41,226 bases of DNA from an uncultured Cellvibrionales bacterium (GCA_937864065.1 CALMIC010000276.1:1-41226), one strand, 5' to 3'; numbered from the stretch's first letter, positions 9,663 through 20,087 are shown. Notes: a model not told the origin generated them from the letters alone. Numbers and translations are program-made.

Positions 9663-10835
9663 ATGATGTCAAACGCACTGATGAACACATATGGCACCCG
9701 CGCGCTGACCTTTGTGCGCGGCGAGGGCTCCTGGCTGTTTGATGCGGCGGGCAAACGCTACCTTGACGCCATCAGCGGCATTGCGGTCTGCGGCCTTGGC
9801 CATGCACACCCTGCCGTGGCTGCCACGCTGGCCCAACAGGCAGCCACGCTGGTGCACACCTCGAACCTGTACAACATCCCGCAGCAGGAAAAACTTGGTG
9901 AGACCCTGTGCCGGCTGTCTGGCATGGACAAGGTGTTCTTCGGCAATTCCGGCGCCGAGGCGAACGAGTGCGCAATCAAGCTGGCGCGGCTTTACGGCCA
10001 CCGGCGGGAAATCGAGAACCCCGTCATCATCGTGATGGAGAGTTCGTTCCACGGCCGGACACTGGCCACGCTGACGGCCACCGGCAACCGCAAGGTGCAG
10101 GCCGGCTTCGAGCCGCTGGTGCAGGGCTTCGTGCGGGCGCCGTACGGTGATGTCGATGCGGTCAGGACCATTGCTGCCAACAATGCCAACGTGGTGGCGA
10201 TCCTCGTCGAGCCGGTGCAGGGCGAGGGTGGCGTCAACATCCCGGCCGGCAATTACCTGGATGAACTGCGTGCGCTGTGTGACCAGCACCAGTGGCTGCT
10301 GATGCTGGATGAAGTGCAGACCGGCAACGGACGCACCGGCAAGTATTTCGCCTACCAGCACAATGGCATCCTGCCCGACGTAGTAACCACCGCCAAAGGA
10401 CTCGGCAACGGCTTCCCGATCGGCGCCTGCCTCGCCAAAGGCGCAGCCGCCGAGTTGTTCCAGCCGGGCAACCACGGCTCCACCTACGGCGGCAGCCCGC
10501 TCGCCTGTGCTACCGCGCAGACGGTTGTCGACACACTGGTGCAGGAAAAGCTCATCGACCGCGCTGCTGCGCTGGGAGAAAAACTGCTGGCTGATTTCCG
10601 CGCTGCGCTCGACGGTTGCGAACAGGTGGCCGCCATCCGGGGCAAGGGCCTGATGCTAGGCATCGAACTGAAAAAGGATTGTCCGGAGCTGGTGGCAAAA
10701 GCCGCCGACCAGGGCTTGCTGGTCAGCGTCACCGCCGGCAAGGTGATCCGCCTGCTGCCAGCGCTGGTGATGACCGACGACGAAGCTGCCCTGCTGGTCA
10801 GCACGCTCAGCGCACTGGTGCGCGAGCTGGCATGA
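9663..10835 (+). CDS. argD: Acetylornithine aminotransferase (class III PLP-dependent)
   Basis: [28 protein letters not shown] and TTAKGLGNG (PLP lysine) motifs; adjacent to argF. Confidence 0.93.
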   Translation: MMSNALMNTYGTRALTFVRGEGSWLFDAAGKRYLDAISGIAVCGLGHAHPAVAATLAQQAATLVHTSNLYNIPQQEKLGETLCRLSGMDKVFFGNSGAEANECAIKLARLYGHRREIENPVIIVMESSFHGRTLATLTATGNRKVQAGFEPLVQGFVRAPYGDVDAVRTIAANNANVVAILVEPVQGEGGVNIPAGNYLDELRALCDQHQWLLMLDEVQTGNGRTGKYFAYQHNGILPDVVTTAKGLGNGFPIGACLAKGAAAELFQPGNHGSTYGGSPLACATAQTVVDTLVQEKLIDRAAALGEKLLADFRAALDGCEQVAAIRGKGLMLGIELKKDCPELVAKAADQGLLVSVTAGKVIRLLPALVMTDDEAALLVSTLSALVRELA

Positions 10836-10845
10836 GGCTGCCGCG

Positions 10846-11760
10846 ATGACCACGCGCCACTTCCTAACCCTGCTCGACTTTTCCCCGGCAGAATTGCGCG
10901 CCGTGATCGAGCGCTCGGTCGCGATGAAAGCCGACCACTATGCCGGCCGCGACGAGCAGGTCTTCCGCAACAAGGTGTTGGGGATGATTTTCGAGAAATC
11001 ATCCACGCGGACGCGGGTGTCCTTCGAAGCGGGCATGGCCCAGCTCGGCGGCCACGCGATGTTCCTCTCGCCGCGCGACACGCAACTAGGCCGCGGCGAG
11101 CCGGTGGAAGACTCCGCGCGAGTATTGTCGCGCATGGTCGACATCATCATGATCCGCACCTTCGCCCATGATGTCGTCGAGCGCTTCGCCGAGTATTCGC
11201 GGGTGCCGGTTATCAATGCACTGACCGATGATTTCCATCCGTGCCAGGTGCTCGCGGACATCCAGACCTATGTCGAGCAGCGCGGCGAGATCAGCGGCAA
11301 GACTGTGGCCTGGGTCGGCGACGGCAACAACATGTGCCAAACCTGGATCCATGCCGCAGCGCAGTTCGGCTTCCGGCTGCACATTGCCTGCCCACCGGGT
11401 TTCGAGCCAAACCATATCCTGTTGCAGCAGTATGGCCAGCATGTGACGTTGGGCCATGACATCCGCGCCGCCGTGCGCGACGCCGACCTCGTCACCACCG
11501 ACGTGTGGGCCTCGATGGGCCAGGAAGACGAACAGCGTGAACGCGCACAGCGTTTCCGCGGTTACCAGGTGAGCCCGGCGCTCATGGACCTGGCCAAACC
11601 CGATGCCCTGTTCATGCATTGCCTGCCCGCGCATCGCGGCGAGGAAGTCAGCGAAGACATGCTCGACGACCCGCGCTCGGTGGTGTGGGACGAAGCGGAA
11701 AACCGCCTGCATGTGCAGAAAGCGTTGATGGTGTTCCTGCTCGAGAACAGCAAGCGCTAG
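10846..11760 (+). CDS. argF: Ornithine carbamoyltransferase
   Basis: [25 protein letters not shown] and EAENRLH motifs. Confidence 0.98.
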   Translation: MTTRHFLTLLDFSPAELRAVIERSVAMKADHYAGRDEQVFRNKVLGMIFEKSSTRTRVSFEAGMAQLGGHAMFLSPRDTQLGRGEPVEDSARVLSRMVDIIMIRTFAHDVVERFAEYSRVPVINALTDDFHPCQVLADIQTYVEQRGEISGKTVAWVGDGNNMCQTWIHAAAQFGFRLHIACPPGFEPNHILLQQYGQHVTLGHDIRAAVRDADLVTTDVWASMGQEDEQRERAQRFRGYQVSPALMDLAKPDALFMHCLPAHRGEEVSEDMLDDPRSVVWDEAENRLHVQKALMVFLLENSKR

Positions 11761-12335
11761 CAGCAATCCATATCGCGCAGGATACCCGCGTCCTGCACGG
11801 GCACTTCCCGCAAGGCATCACTGTGCTCCACCAGGATACTGCGCGCACCGCTATCACCCCGCAACTGTTGTAGCCGCGGGAAAAACGCGCGGGCAAACAG
11901 CACCGGGTGCCCGCGCTGCCCGCCCTCTCCCAGCACTGGCAGCACAACGCTTCCCACCCGCCCGGCAGCCACGACTGAACTGGCTGTCGCAGCTTGCAGG
12001 TACGGCAAGTCCGCCAGCATCACCAGCACACCGTCACAGCCAGCCGGCAGGGTCGCCACTGCCCGCGCCAGGTTACTGCCCATGCCAAGTCCGGGCTGGT
12101 CTAGCAGCAGTGCCTGAACGCGACTGTCAGCCAGGAATGGTCCTAGCAAGGCGGGCAGCTGCCTGGCATCACTGTCGCGCAAGACAACATGCACTGCCGC
12201 CACACTGTCAATCACGGCAGCAATGGCACGTTGCAACATTGGTACACCATCCACCGGAAACAGTCGCTTGTCGCTGCCAAAGCGCACGCTGGCACCGGCA
12301 GCCAGCACCACAGCATCAACGCGCTTTAACGGCAT
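11757..12335 (-). CDS. mocA: Molybdenum cofactor cytidylyltransferase (MocA-like NTP transferase)
   Basis: [37 protein letters not shown] and D.D motifs; next to xdhC and a Mo-hydroxylase. Confidence 0.88.
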   Translation of the reverse strand: MPLKRVDAVVLAAGASVRFGSDKRLFPVDGVPMLQRAIAAVIDSVAAVHVVLRDSDARQLPALLGPFLADSRVQALLLDQPGLGMGSNLARAVATLPAGCDGVLVMLADLPYLQAATASSVVAAGRVGSVVLPVLGEGGQRGHPVLFARAFFPRLQQLRGDSGARSILVEHSDALREVPVQDAGILRDMDCC

Positions 12336-13297
12336 TTACCGGCACGCACGGCCGTGAGCTGCGCCATGACCGACACCGCAATTTCCATCGGCGTCTTGCT
12401 GCCGGTATCGAGGCCGATCGGCGCATGCAGCCGCAACAATTGCTGCTCCGTGACATCCAGCAACTGCAGTCGCTCGCGGCGTTTCTGTGAGGTGCGCAGC
12501 GAACCCATGGCGCCGATATAGAAGGCCCTGGTGTTGAACGCTTCCATCAGACCCATATCGTCGAGGCGCGGATCGTGGGTCAGCGCCAGGATCGCGCAGT
12601 GGCTGTCATCGGCATGTTCGCGCACGGCATCGTCCGGCAGCTGGGCGAGCAAGGTCACGTCTGGCACATCCCAGCGCTCACGTGCGTCGCGACGAGGATC
12701 ACAGACCATGACGTCATAGTCGAGCAACAAGCCCAGTTGCGCCACGGCACGCGATACCTCACTGACGCCGATGAGCAGCAGGCGGTATTGCGGCCCGAGA
12801 CAATGGCAGATCGCTGTGAGTTCACCGGCATGGTTCTCGCGCACTGCCAGCAGCGGCGTGTCGGCTGCCGCGTCGCCGAGCGCGAAATAGCCATCAGGAT
12901 AGTGGCGATCCCAGACGATACGCTGACGCCGGTCCAGTGCTTTCGCGATCGCTGCCACCGTATTGCGCGAGACGGGCAGCGGCTCGATTTTCTCGATAGC
13001 AATATCGAGGATGCCACCGCAAGGCAACTGCAGGCGCTCAGCCTCTTCCGCAGTGGCGCCGTACCGCAGCCGCGTCACCGGCGCCGTGAACTCGCCCGCC
13101 GCGATACGCGCGATCAGGTCATCCTCGACACAGCCACCCGACAGCGAGCCGGCAAATTCACCAGCATCGTTGCATACCAGCAACGAGCCACGCGGCCGTG
13201 GCGACGACCCCCAGGTCTGCAGTACCGTGCACAACCACACCGTGCGTGACTGTGCCAGCCACTGAACGAGCTGGTGAAAAATCTCGACGTCGCGCAC
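12326..13297 (-). CDS. xdhC: XdhC/CoxI family molybdoenzyme maturation factor
   Basis: TWGSSPRPRGS, GSLSGGCVE, LPCGG, LTHDPRLDD, YIGAMGS and PIGL..GSKTP.EIA motifs; GTG start. Confidence 0.95.
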   Translation of the reverse strand: MRDVEIFHQLVQWLAQSRTVWLCTVLQTWGSSPRPRGSLLVCNDAGEFAGSLSGGCVEDDLIARIAAGEFTAPVTRLRYGATAEEAERLQLPCGGILDIAIEKIEPLPVSRNTVAAIAKALDRRQRIVWDRHYPDGYFALGDAAADTPLLAVRENHAGELTAICHCLGPQYRLLLIGVSEVSRAVAQLGLLLDYDVMVCDPRRDARERWDVPDVTLLAQLPDDAVREHADDSHCAILALTHDPRLDDMGLMEAFNTRAFYIGAMGSLRTSQKRRERLQLLDVTEQQLLRLHAPIGLDTGSKTPMEIAVSVMAQLTAVRAGKCR

Positions 13298-13317
13298 CGG
13301 CGTTACCGCACCAGCAT

Positions 13318-15510
13318 TCAGAGTGCCAGCGGCAGGTCCCGCAACCGCTTGCCGGTGGCGACAAACAGCGCATTGGCCACTGCTGGCGCCACTGGCGGCA
13401 CGGCGACTTCACCGATGCCGCCCGGCTTGGCCGTGCCCGGCACAATATACGCCTCGATCGCCGGCGACTCGTTGATGCGCAATACCGGCAAGTCATGGAA
13501 GTTGCTCTGCGCACAGGCACCGTCACGGATCTCGACACCGTTGTTCAGCACGGCGGTGAGGCCGTAGATCGCCCCGCCCTCCATCTGCGCAATGACCTGG
13601 TCCGGGTTGATGACGAAGCCGCATTCGACCGCAATGACGAGGCGCGTGACGCGAAAGGTGTTCCCGGTGACCAGCACGTCAGCAACCATCGCCACCACCG
13701 ACCCAAACGATTCATGCACGGCAATCCCGCGCCCGAAACCGGCAATGCGTGGCTGCACGGCCCAGCGGGATTTTTCCACCGCCAGCTCCAGCGCAGCGAG
13801 ATGGCGCGGCTGGCCCTTCAGGTATTCGCGGCGGAACTCGACCGGATCTTTCTTCGCCGCGTGCGCGACTTCATCGATAAAACCTTCGACAGCAAACGCG
13901 GTGAATGAATGCGCCACCGAGCGCCAGAAGCCGGTCGGCACGCCGACATCATGGTGAACCAGACCAACCTTGCGGTTCGGGATCGCATAAGGAATTTTTG
14001 TGCCTTCCGCCATCGAGACATCGTACGGCGGGATGAAATCCACCACACCACGCCCCATGCCGCGCGCCAGCTTCTCCGGCAGCCAGGTCGGCAACATCGC
14101 GTGCATCAGGTCGACGCCAAAACCGGTCAGCACGCTGTTGCTGACAAAATTATGCTCCCAGCCGACCACGTTGCCGCTGTTGTCCAGTGCAGCGCGCAGC
14201 TTGTGTAGCGATGGCGGGCGGTAGTAGTCGTGCTGCATATCATCCTCGCGCGACCACATCAGCTTGACCGGCACACCTGGCTGCTGCACGGCGATTGCCG
14301 CTGCCTCACCGGCAAAGTCGACATAGCCGCGCCGACCGAACCCGCCGCCGAGGAACGTGCTCTCGACCGTGATGCGTTCCTGTCCAATGCCGGTGAAATG
14401 CGATGCGACCGCGCGCGCCATATCAGCGGTTTGCGTCGGCGCCCACAAGGTCAGCTGGCCATCAGCAAACAGCGCGGTACAGTTCTGCGGCTCCATCGGG
14501 CTGTGATGAAAAAAACCGGCCGAGTATTCCGCCTCGACTTGCTGTACAGGCGCGGCAAATGCCGCTGCCACATCACCTTCATCCAGCGCGGCAAACGGTT
14601 TCTCTGCCGTGTCGAGTGCGTTGCGCAGGCCCTGCATGATTGTCGCGTTGTCCAGGCCGGCCAGTGGCCCCTTGTCCCACTGCACGGCGAGCTGTGCGGC
14701 AGCCTTGCGCGCCGGCCAGTAACCGTCGGCGACAATGGCCACACCGCTGTGGATCGGGAACACTGCACGCACGCCCGGCAAGCCCGCGACGGAATCCTTG
14801 TCGAACGACTGCAGCTTGCCACCGAAATGCGGGCATCGCACGACGACGGCCACTTTCATACCCGGCTTGATCACATCGACACCGAATTGCGCCTCCCCCT
14901 TCACTTTTGCCGCACTGTCGAACCGCTTCAGCGACTGGCCGAGCCAGCGGAACTGTGCGGCGTCTTTCAGTGGCACATCCCCCGGCGCTTTCTGCTGGGC
15001 CGCTGCCGTGGCGAGCTCGCCATAGGACGCGCGCTGCTGGCCGTCAGGATGCAGCACGACGCCGTTGTCTGTCTTGCACGCAGCGGCATCGACACCCCAC
15101 TGCTGCGCTGCGGCGGCAACCAGCATGGCGCGCGCGGTAGCGCCGGCATAGCGCAATGGCTCCCAGCCCGTAGGTATCGCCGTGCTGCCACCGGTGATCT
15201 GCACGCCCATCGCCGGGTTCTTGAAGGCGGGATGCGCACCGGCGAATTCGATGGTCATGTTTGCCGGATCAAAATCCAGTTCCTCGCCGATGATCGCTGA
15301 CAGCGACGTCATGACGCCCTGCCCCATCTCGGCCTTGTCGAGCTGGAAAATCACCTCGCCCTGTGGCGTGACCTGCAACCAGGCATTCGGCTGGAAACTG
15401 CCGGCACGCGTGTGCGGGATCGGTGCTGCATCGCGCAGCGAGACGCCGAGCAGCAGGCCTCCACCGACCACACCGGAACCGACCAGGAACTTCCGTCGCG
15501 TCAGTTTCAT
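13318..15510 (-). CDS. iorB: Xanthine dehydrogenase family molybdopterin-binding subunit (IorB-type), Tat-exported
   Basis: Tat motif TRRKFL, EMGQG, QITGGS, GGGFGRR, WSREDD, FWRSV, AQMEGG and the catalytic GGIGE motif. Confidence 0.92.
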   Translation of the reverse strand: MKLTRRKFLVGSGVVGGGLLLGVSLRDAAPIPHTRAGSFQPNAWLQVTPQGEVIFQLDKAEMGQGVMTSLSAIIGEELDFDPANMTIEFAGAHPAFKNPAMGVQITGGSTAIPTGWEPLRYAGATARAMLVAAAAQQWGVDAAACKTDNGVVLHPDGQQRASYGELATAAAQQKAPGDVPLKDAAQFRWLGQSLKRFDSAAKVKGEAQFGVDVIKPGMKVAVVVRCPHFGGKLQSFDKDSVAGLPGVRAVFPIHSGVAIVADGYWPARKAAAQLAVQWDKGPLAGLDNATIMQGLRNALDTAEKPFAALDEGDVAAAFAAPVQQVEAEYSAGFFHHSPMEPQNCTALFADGQLTLWAPTQTADMARAVASHFTGIGQERITVESTFLGGGFGRRGYVDFAGEAAAIAVQQPGVPVKLMWSREDDMQHDYYRPPSLHKLRAALDNSGNVVGWEHNFVSNSVLTGFGVDLMHAMLPTWLPEKLARGMGRGVVDFIPPYDVSMAEGTKIPYAIPNRKVGLVHHDVGVPTGFWRSVAHSFTAFAVEGFIDEVAHAAKKDPVEFRREYLKGQPRHLAALELAVEKSRWAVQPRIAGFGRGIAVHESFGSVVAMVADVLVTGNTFRVTRLVIAVECGFVINPDQVIAQMEGGAIYGLTAVLNNGVEIRDGACAQSNFHDLPVLRINESPAIEAYIVPGTAKPGGIGEVAVPPVAPAVANALFVATGKRLRDLPLAL

Positions 15511-16013
15511 GCTTCACCTCCGTGACGGACTGCGGGGTCGAAAATGGCAACACCGCCTGCGCCCTGCTGCAACGTTTTTGCCGCCACCTTGATCGCCTTG
15601 ACGATGCGCGGGTAGGTGCCGCAACGGCAGATATTGCCGGTCATCGCATTGAGGATGTCGTCGTCAGTCGGATCCGGGTTCTGTGCCAGCAAGCCGACCG
15701 CCGTCATGATCTGGCCGGGCTGGCAATAACCGCACTGCGAGACGTTTTCATCGAGCCAGGCGCGCTGTACCACATGCTCGCCGCCCAGGCCTTCGATCGT
15801 GGTGACCTGCTGGCCGGCGATGCTCGCGACCGGCAGCACACAGCTGCGTGTCGGGCTGCCATTCACCAGCACGGTGCAGGCGCCACACAGGCCCTGGCCG
15901 CAGCCGAACTTGGTGCCGGTTTTCTGCAAGCCGTCGCGCAAGGCCCATAACAAGGGCGTATCCGCCTCGATATCCAGCGCCACCGGCTGGCCATTCAGGA
16001 CAAACTCGATCAT
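15507..16013 (-). CDS. iorA: (2Fe-2S)-binding small subunit (IorA-type)
   Basis: Start ATG 16013 after GGAG. GTKFGCGQGLCGACTV, QCGYCQPGQ and NICRCGTY motifs; overlaps iorB by 4 nt. Confidence 0.95.
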   Translation of the reverse strand: MIEFVLNGQPVALDIEADTPLLWALRDGLQKTGTKFGCGQGLCGACTVLVNGSPTRSCVLPVASIAGQQVTTIEGLGGEHVVQRAWLDENVSQCGYCQPGQIMTAVGLLAQNPDPTDDDILNAMTGNICRCGTYPRIVKAIKVAAKTLQQGAGGVAIFDPAVRHGGEA

Positions 16014-16014
16014 G

Positions 16015-18009
16015 TCAGTAACTCCACTCGAAACCGAGAAACAGGGAACGCGGCAGGCCGACGAAATAGCGCGGCTCGACCAGCGGGAAACTGGTGACAT
16101 CGGCCCGCTCGGCGTACTCGCGGTCCATGATATTCATCAGTCGGGCAAACACCATCCATTCCTTTGACAAGCGCAGGTTAGCGCGCAAGTTGAACAGGTC
16201 ATGGCCTTCGTAGGCAAAGGTGTCCTCCGGGTTCAGGTAATAATCACCCACATGCACCCACTCCAGCTCCACGCGCTTGCCGGTTCGCTGCCAACCGAGC
16301 TGCAGCGAACCGAAAGTGCGCGGGGCGGTATCCATGATGTTGCTGTCGACACTGTCGGAGCGGTCGAATACGTCGCTGTCATAGCGGTGTTCGGCATAGG
16401 TGGCGGTGATGCCGGCAAACCAGCCGGCCGACCAGTCCTGACGGGCGCTGACCTCGACACCGCGATGGCGGGTCTTCGCATCATCCGACAGCACATTGCT
16501 CGGGTTGCGGATGATGACATTGTCCTTGTGCATGTCGAACAGGACGATATTCCAGGCAGTCTTGTCGCCGGCTGCGTTCTTCTGGTTGCCGCGCCAGCCC
16601 ACCTCGCCGCCATCAGCCACCACTTCGCCGATATCGGCCACTTGCTGGTCGCCCTGCAGGCGATACAGCTCCCCCGTCTGCGGCGCACGGTTACCGGTAG
16701 CCGCGCTGGCGTACCACTCGTTGTCATATCTGTCCGTGTAAACGAGGCCGACACGCGGTGACAACAGGCTGAAACCATCTTCGCGGTCGGCCGGGCGCAT
16801 GAACTTGCCTGCCGGGCCGTCTGTCGTGCGGTTGTCATAATCGTAGAGCACGCGGTCGGCGCGCACGCCGAATTGCGCATCCAGGCGATCCGCCAGCTGC
16901 CAGGTGATTTCCTGCCAGATGGCGGCGCTGCGCATGCCGACCTCGTAATCGTAGTGGATGCCGCGCGGGGAGGATGGCGTGGACGGCGCCTCCTGCCATT
17001 CTTTCGTCCACGCATCAGCGAGCTCACCTTCGACACCGGCCTGCCAGCTGCCCCAGCTGAAATTGTCGCGCCGCACCAGCCACTGCACGCCACCGCTGTG
17101 GTGGCCGTTTTCCTCCAGCGCTTCCGGAAAGACAAAGTGCAGGCTGAAATCCATCGCACTGCGGCGGAAGTAGGGTTTCAGGCTGTAACGGTAGTCACCG
17201 GACTGCCAGTCCCACGACTGCACATAGCGCAGCGCATCGACATCGCGCCACGAATCCGGCTTGCTGTTGTTGCGCTGCCGCTCGTCATCGCGGTACGCAT
17301 CCTCGCCGATGAGATAGCCGGTGCTCTGCTGGTCGAGGTGTGCGACGGTCAGGTAATGCGTCAGTGCGACACCGGAGAATTCCTGGCGCCGTTTCCACGA
17401 GACTTTCTGCTGGTCGTAACCGCTGCTGTCGACATAGCCGCCATCGTGGGTGCCGGTCACGGCGAGATAACCGTTGGGGTCACCCTCCTGCCACATGGCA
17501 CGCGCATAATCGTAAGGCCCTCCCTCGATACGCAGTGAGTGACGCTCCTTCAGCGGCAGGCTCAGTACATTGATGACACCGTGCACGGCATTGGCACCGT
17601 AGAAGGCGCCACCCTGCACGCCGCGCAGGATTTCCATGCCACCGGATTGCTCGTTGTGGATCTCGACCATCTGGTTGACATTGCAGAAACCACTCGGCCG
17701 CACCGGCACCCCATCTTCCGCATACAGCAATTCGCCACAGGCGCCGGGACCGGTCCACACCGGCGAGCGCAGGGCCGTGAGGTGTTCCTGGCCGCCGCCG
17801 CGACTGACCCACATGCCCGGCGCGCGCACAGCCTGTTCGGCCGGGTGGGTGGCACCGGTGTCGCGCACTTCCTTTTCCTTCACCACCGCCACCTTGCCCG
17901 GCACATTCTGCGGGCTCGCAGCCTTGACCTGGATCGTTTCCAACACCGGCTCGGTCGCCAGGCAAAGACCCGGCAGCAGGGAAAAGACTACGTACGGCCA
18001 GTAGCGCAT
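16015..18009 (-). CDS. TonB-dependent receptor
   Basis: Signal peptide, TonB-box-like LETIQVKA, plug end EILRG...YGANAVHGVINV, C-terminal N..D.EYAER and terminal aromatic strand FLGFEWSY. Confidence 0.93.
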   Translation of the reverse strand: MRYWPYVVFSLLPGLCLATEPVLETIQVKAASPQNVPGKVAVVKEKEVRDTGATHPAEQAVRAPGMWVSRGGGQEHLTALRSPVWTGPGACGELLYAEDGVPVRPSGFCNVNQMVEIHNEQSGGMEILRGVQGGAFYGANAVHGVINVLSLPLKERHSLRIEGGPYDYARAMWQEGDPNGYLAVTGTHDGGYVDSSGYDQQKVSWKRRQEFSGVALTHYLTVAHLDQQSTGYLIGEDAYRDDERQRNNSKPDSWRDVDALRYVQSWDWQSGDYRYSLKPYFRRSAMDFSLHFVFPEALEENGHHSGGVQWLVRRDNFSWGSWQAGVEGELADAWTKEWQEAPSTPSSPRGIHYDYEVGMRSAAIWQEITWQLADRLDAQFGVRADRVLYDYDNRTTDGPAGKFMRPADREDGFSLLSPRVGLVYTDRYDNEWYASAATGNRAPQTGELYRLQGDQQVADIGEVVADGGEVGWRGNQKNAAGDKTAWNIVLFDMHKDNVIIRNPSNVLSDDAKTRHRGVEVSARQDWSAGWFAGITATYAEHRYDSDVFDRSDSVDSNIMDTAPRTFGSLQLGWQRTGKRVELEWVHVGDYYLNPEDTFAYEGHDLFNLRANLRLSKEWMVFARLMNIMDREYAERADVTSFPLVEPRYFVGLPRSLFLGFEWSY

Positions 18010-18029
18010 AAGCTGGCAGCTGCGTTGGG

Positions 18030-18536
18030 TCAGTCGAAATCGCCGAGGAAGCGACTCTTGTACTCGACCAGCTGGCCATTGGCGCGGGCCACGGTCTCCT
18101 CGTAAACGCGCTTGTAGCCGATGGCGGCGATGCGCCAGCCGTCCACCGTCTTCACGTAGCGCTCGTCATAGAACGCGGTGCCGGCAATGAGAAAGTGCTT
18201 GGCCGGATCGCGGCTCACCGTGTTGATGACGGCGTCGGTGAGGTACCAGATGCCGCGGGCTTCGGTCATCGCCTCATTGAAGGTGATCTCGGGATGATGC
18301 ACCTGGTGCTTGGTCACCACCCGCTTGTGGCTGAGGGAACCCGACAGGAAGGCCATGACCGCCTCGCGGCCGTTGTAACTGTGCTTGCCATCGGAGTAGG
18401 TACTCACCACATCCGGCGTGAACAAGGCTGCGACGGCATCCCACTCCTTCAGGTCGAGATGGCGCAGGTAGGCATACTTGAGCTGCTTGATGGCCTCGAT
18501 AGCCAGCAGCGTCGCGAATTGTTTATCGGCATTCAT
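18030..18536 (-). CDS. SnoaL-like / NTF2-fold protein (BaiE/LinA-like)
   Basis: IEAIKQLKYAYLRHLD.KEWD, HQVHHPEI, ARGIWYL and YDERY....DGWRI patterns. Confidence 0.85.
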   Translation of the reverse strand: MNADKQFATLLAIEAIKQLKYAYLRHLDLKEWDAVAALFTPDVVSTYSDGKHSYNGREAVMAFLSGSLSHKRVVTKHQVHHPEITFNEAMTEARGIWYLTDAVINTVSRDPAKHFLIAGTAFYDERYVKTVDGWRIAAIGYKRVYEETVARANGQLVEYKSRFLGDFD

Positions 18537-20059
18537 GGCACAGCCCCTTCTCTGGTTGTGCCCGCATCATACCCATCCCGCCGCGCTTCCGCCTTCAGCA
18601 CTTCGCGCAGGTTGGCACCCTCGTCCAGCCGGCGGTAGCTGATGTAGTACTTGTAGATATTGCTGACGTACTGCGTGGTCTCCCTGCCCAGCTTGCGCGC
18701 CGCCACGACCTCGACATGCTGGAACCAGCGGTTCGGGTCCAGCCCCTGCTGCTCCGCCAGCTCGCGCAAGCGCTGGATGCGCGCCGGCCCGGCGTTGTAG
18801 GCGGCAAACGCGAACAGGTGCCGGTCCAGCTCGCTGATGTCGCGACTGGTGAAGTAGCGATCGGTAAGGAAGCGCAGGTACTTGATGCCGGCGTGGATGT
18901 TGTTTTCCAGACGGTCGACCTGACGGATATTGATCGGGTCACCCGCAGCCGTCGATGGCAACACCTGCATGACACCGACCGCACCCGACGGGTTGCGCGC
19001 CGACTGCTCCAGCCCCGATTCCTGGTAGGCCTGTGCCATCACCAGCAGCCAGTTGAAACCGTACTGCGCCGCGTAGCGCTGGAACAGGCCAGCCATCTGG
19101 CCGAAGCGCGCCTGCTCGTCATTGCGCAATACATTTTTCACGGCACGCGGATTCCCGTAATAGCGCGCCACCACATCGTTGCCAACAGCGGTGCCGGCAC
19201 GGTGGTCGCGCATGAAGGCATTGACCGAGGTGAGCAGTTGCGGCGCCTCCTTCCGCACTGCCCAGGCAATGCGGTTGCCGGTCGCGACAGCGATATCCTC
19301 ATGCAGCTGCAGTGACGGATATACCTGCGCCCAGAGGCGGCCGACATGCAAGTCGATGATGGCCGTGTCATACACGCCCGCATCGAGCAGTTCCAACACA
19401 TCATCATCTTCCAGCTGCTCGTCCACTTCGGTGATGGCAACCGGCGCCAACCCCTTGTCCTCCAGCTGCTCGTTGAGGCGCTGCAAGCTACCGTAATAAC
19501 TGGATGAGCGGCGCACGGCCACCGCGCGGCCGGCGAGATCCTCGATGCGGGTGAGCGGTGGCGCATCGCGGCGCGTGATGACAACTTCACTCGCATTGTC
19601 GATAAATGGCTCGGAAAAATCCGCCAGTTCCAGCCGCCCGGGTGTGATGGTGAGGTTGGCAATCGCGATATCGCCACGGCCTTCTTCCAGCCACAACAAC
19701 AGGCGGTCACGCGTGGTCGGCACAAACACCAGTTGCAAGCGCCGGCCGCTGACAGCGAAATGCCGGTTCAGGAACGCTTCGTACTGCTTGCCGAGTTCCC
19801 AGGCCACGCCGCGCGTCTCGCCGCGGTCGAGAAAATAGTTGGTGCGATTGAATGCGACCAGCACGCGCAGCACGCCGCGCTGCGCAATGGCGTCGAGATC
19901 GCCGCGCCAGGGTTCGAGCGCATGGCGCACCAGCTCGTCATCGGGCGATTCGTCCTGCAACCAGGATTCCGGCTCAAGGGTGTTGTAGTGGTAAAGCAGG
20001 CCACTGCCCAGCAGGGTGAGCAGCAACAACAGGATGGCAACAACCAGCGGGCGCGACAT
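18533..20059 (-). CDS. mltF: MltF-like lytic transglycosylase (substrate-binding domain + SLT domain)
   Basis: Start ATG 20059 after AGGAGG. GDIAIANLTITPGR SBP motif; SLT motifs AYQES, GAVGVMQV and AAYNAGP. Confidence 0.88.
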   Translation of the reverse strand: MSRPLVVAILLLLLTLLGSGLLYHYNTLEPESWLQDESPDDELVRHALEPWRGDLDAIAQRGVLRVLVAFNRTNYFLDRGETRGVAWELGKQYEAFLNRHFAVSGRRLQLVFVPTTRDRLLLWLEEGRGDIAIANLTITPGRLELADFSEPFIDNASEVVITRRDAPPLTRIEDLAGRAVAVRRSSSYYGSLQRLNEQLEDKGLAPVAITEVDEQLEDDDVLELLDAGVYDTAIIDLHVGRLWAQVYPSLQLHEDIAVATGNRIAWAVRKEAPQLLTSVNAFMRDHRAGTAVGNDVVARYYGNPRAVKNVLRNDEQARFGQMAGLFQRYAAQYGFNWLLVMAQAYQESGLEQSARNPSGAVGVMQVLPSTAAGDPINIRQVDRLENNIHAGIKYLRFLTDRYFTSRDISELDRHLFAFAAYNAGPARIQRLRELAEQQGLDPNRWFQHVEVVAARKLGRETTQYVSNIYKYYISYRRLDEGANLREVLKAEARRDGYDAGTTREGAVP

Positions 20060-20078
20060 GGCAATCCTCCTGCGCCGC

Positions 20079-20087
20079 ATGGTAGCA
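20079..20087 (-). promoter_or_regulatory. Putative extended -10 promoter for the mltF-to-mocA operon
   Basis: Minus-strand TG-C-TACCAT about 20 nt upstream of the start codon, inside the 48-nt gap after piuC. Confidence 0.4.
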
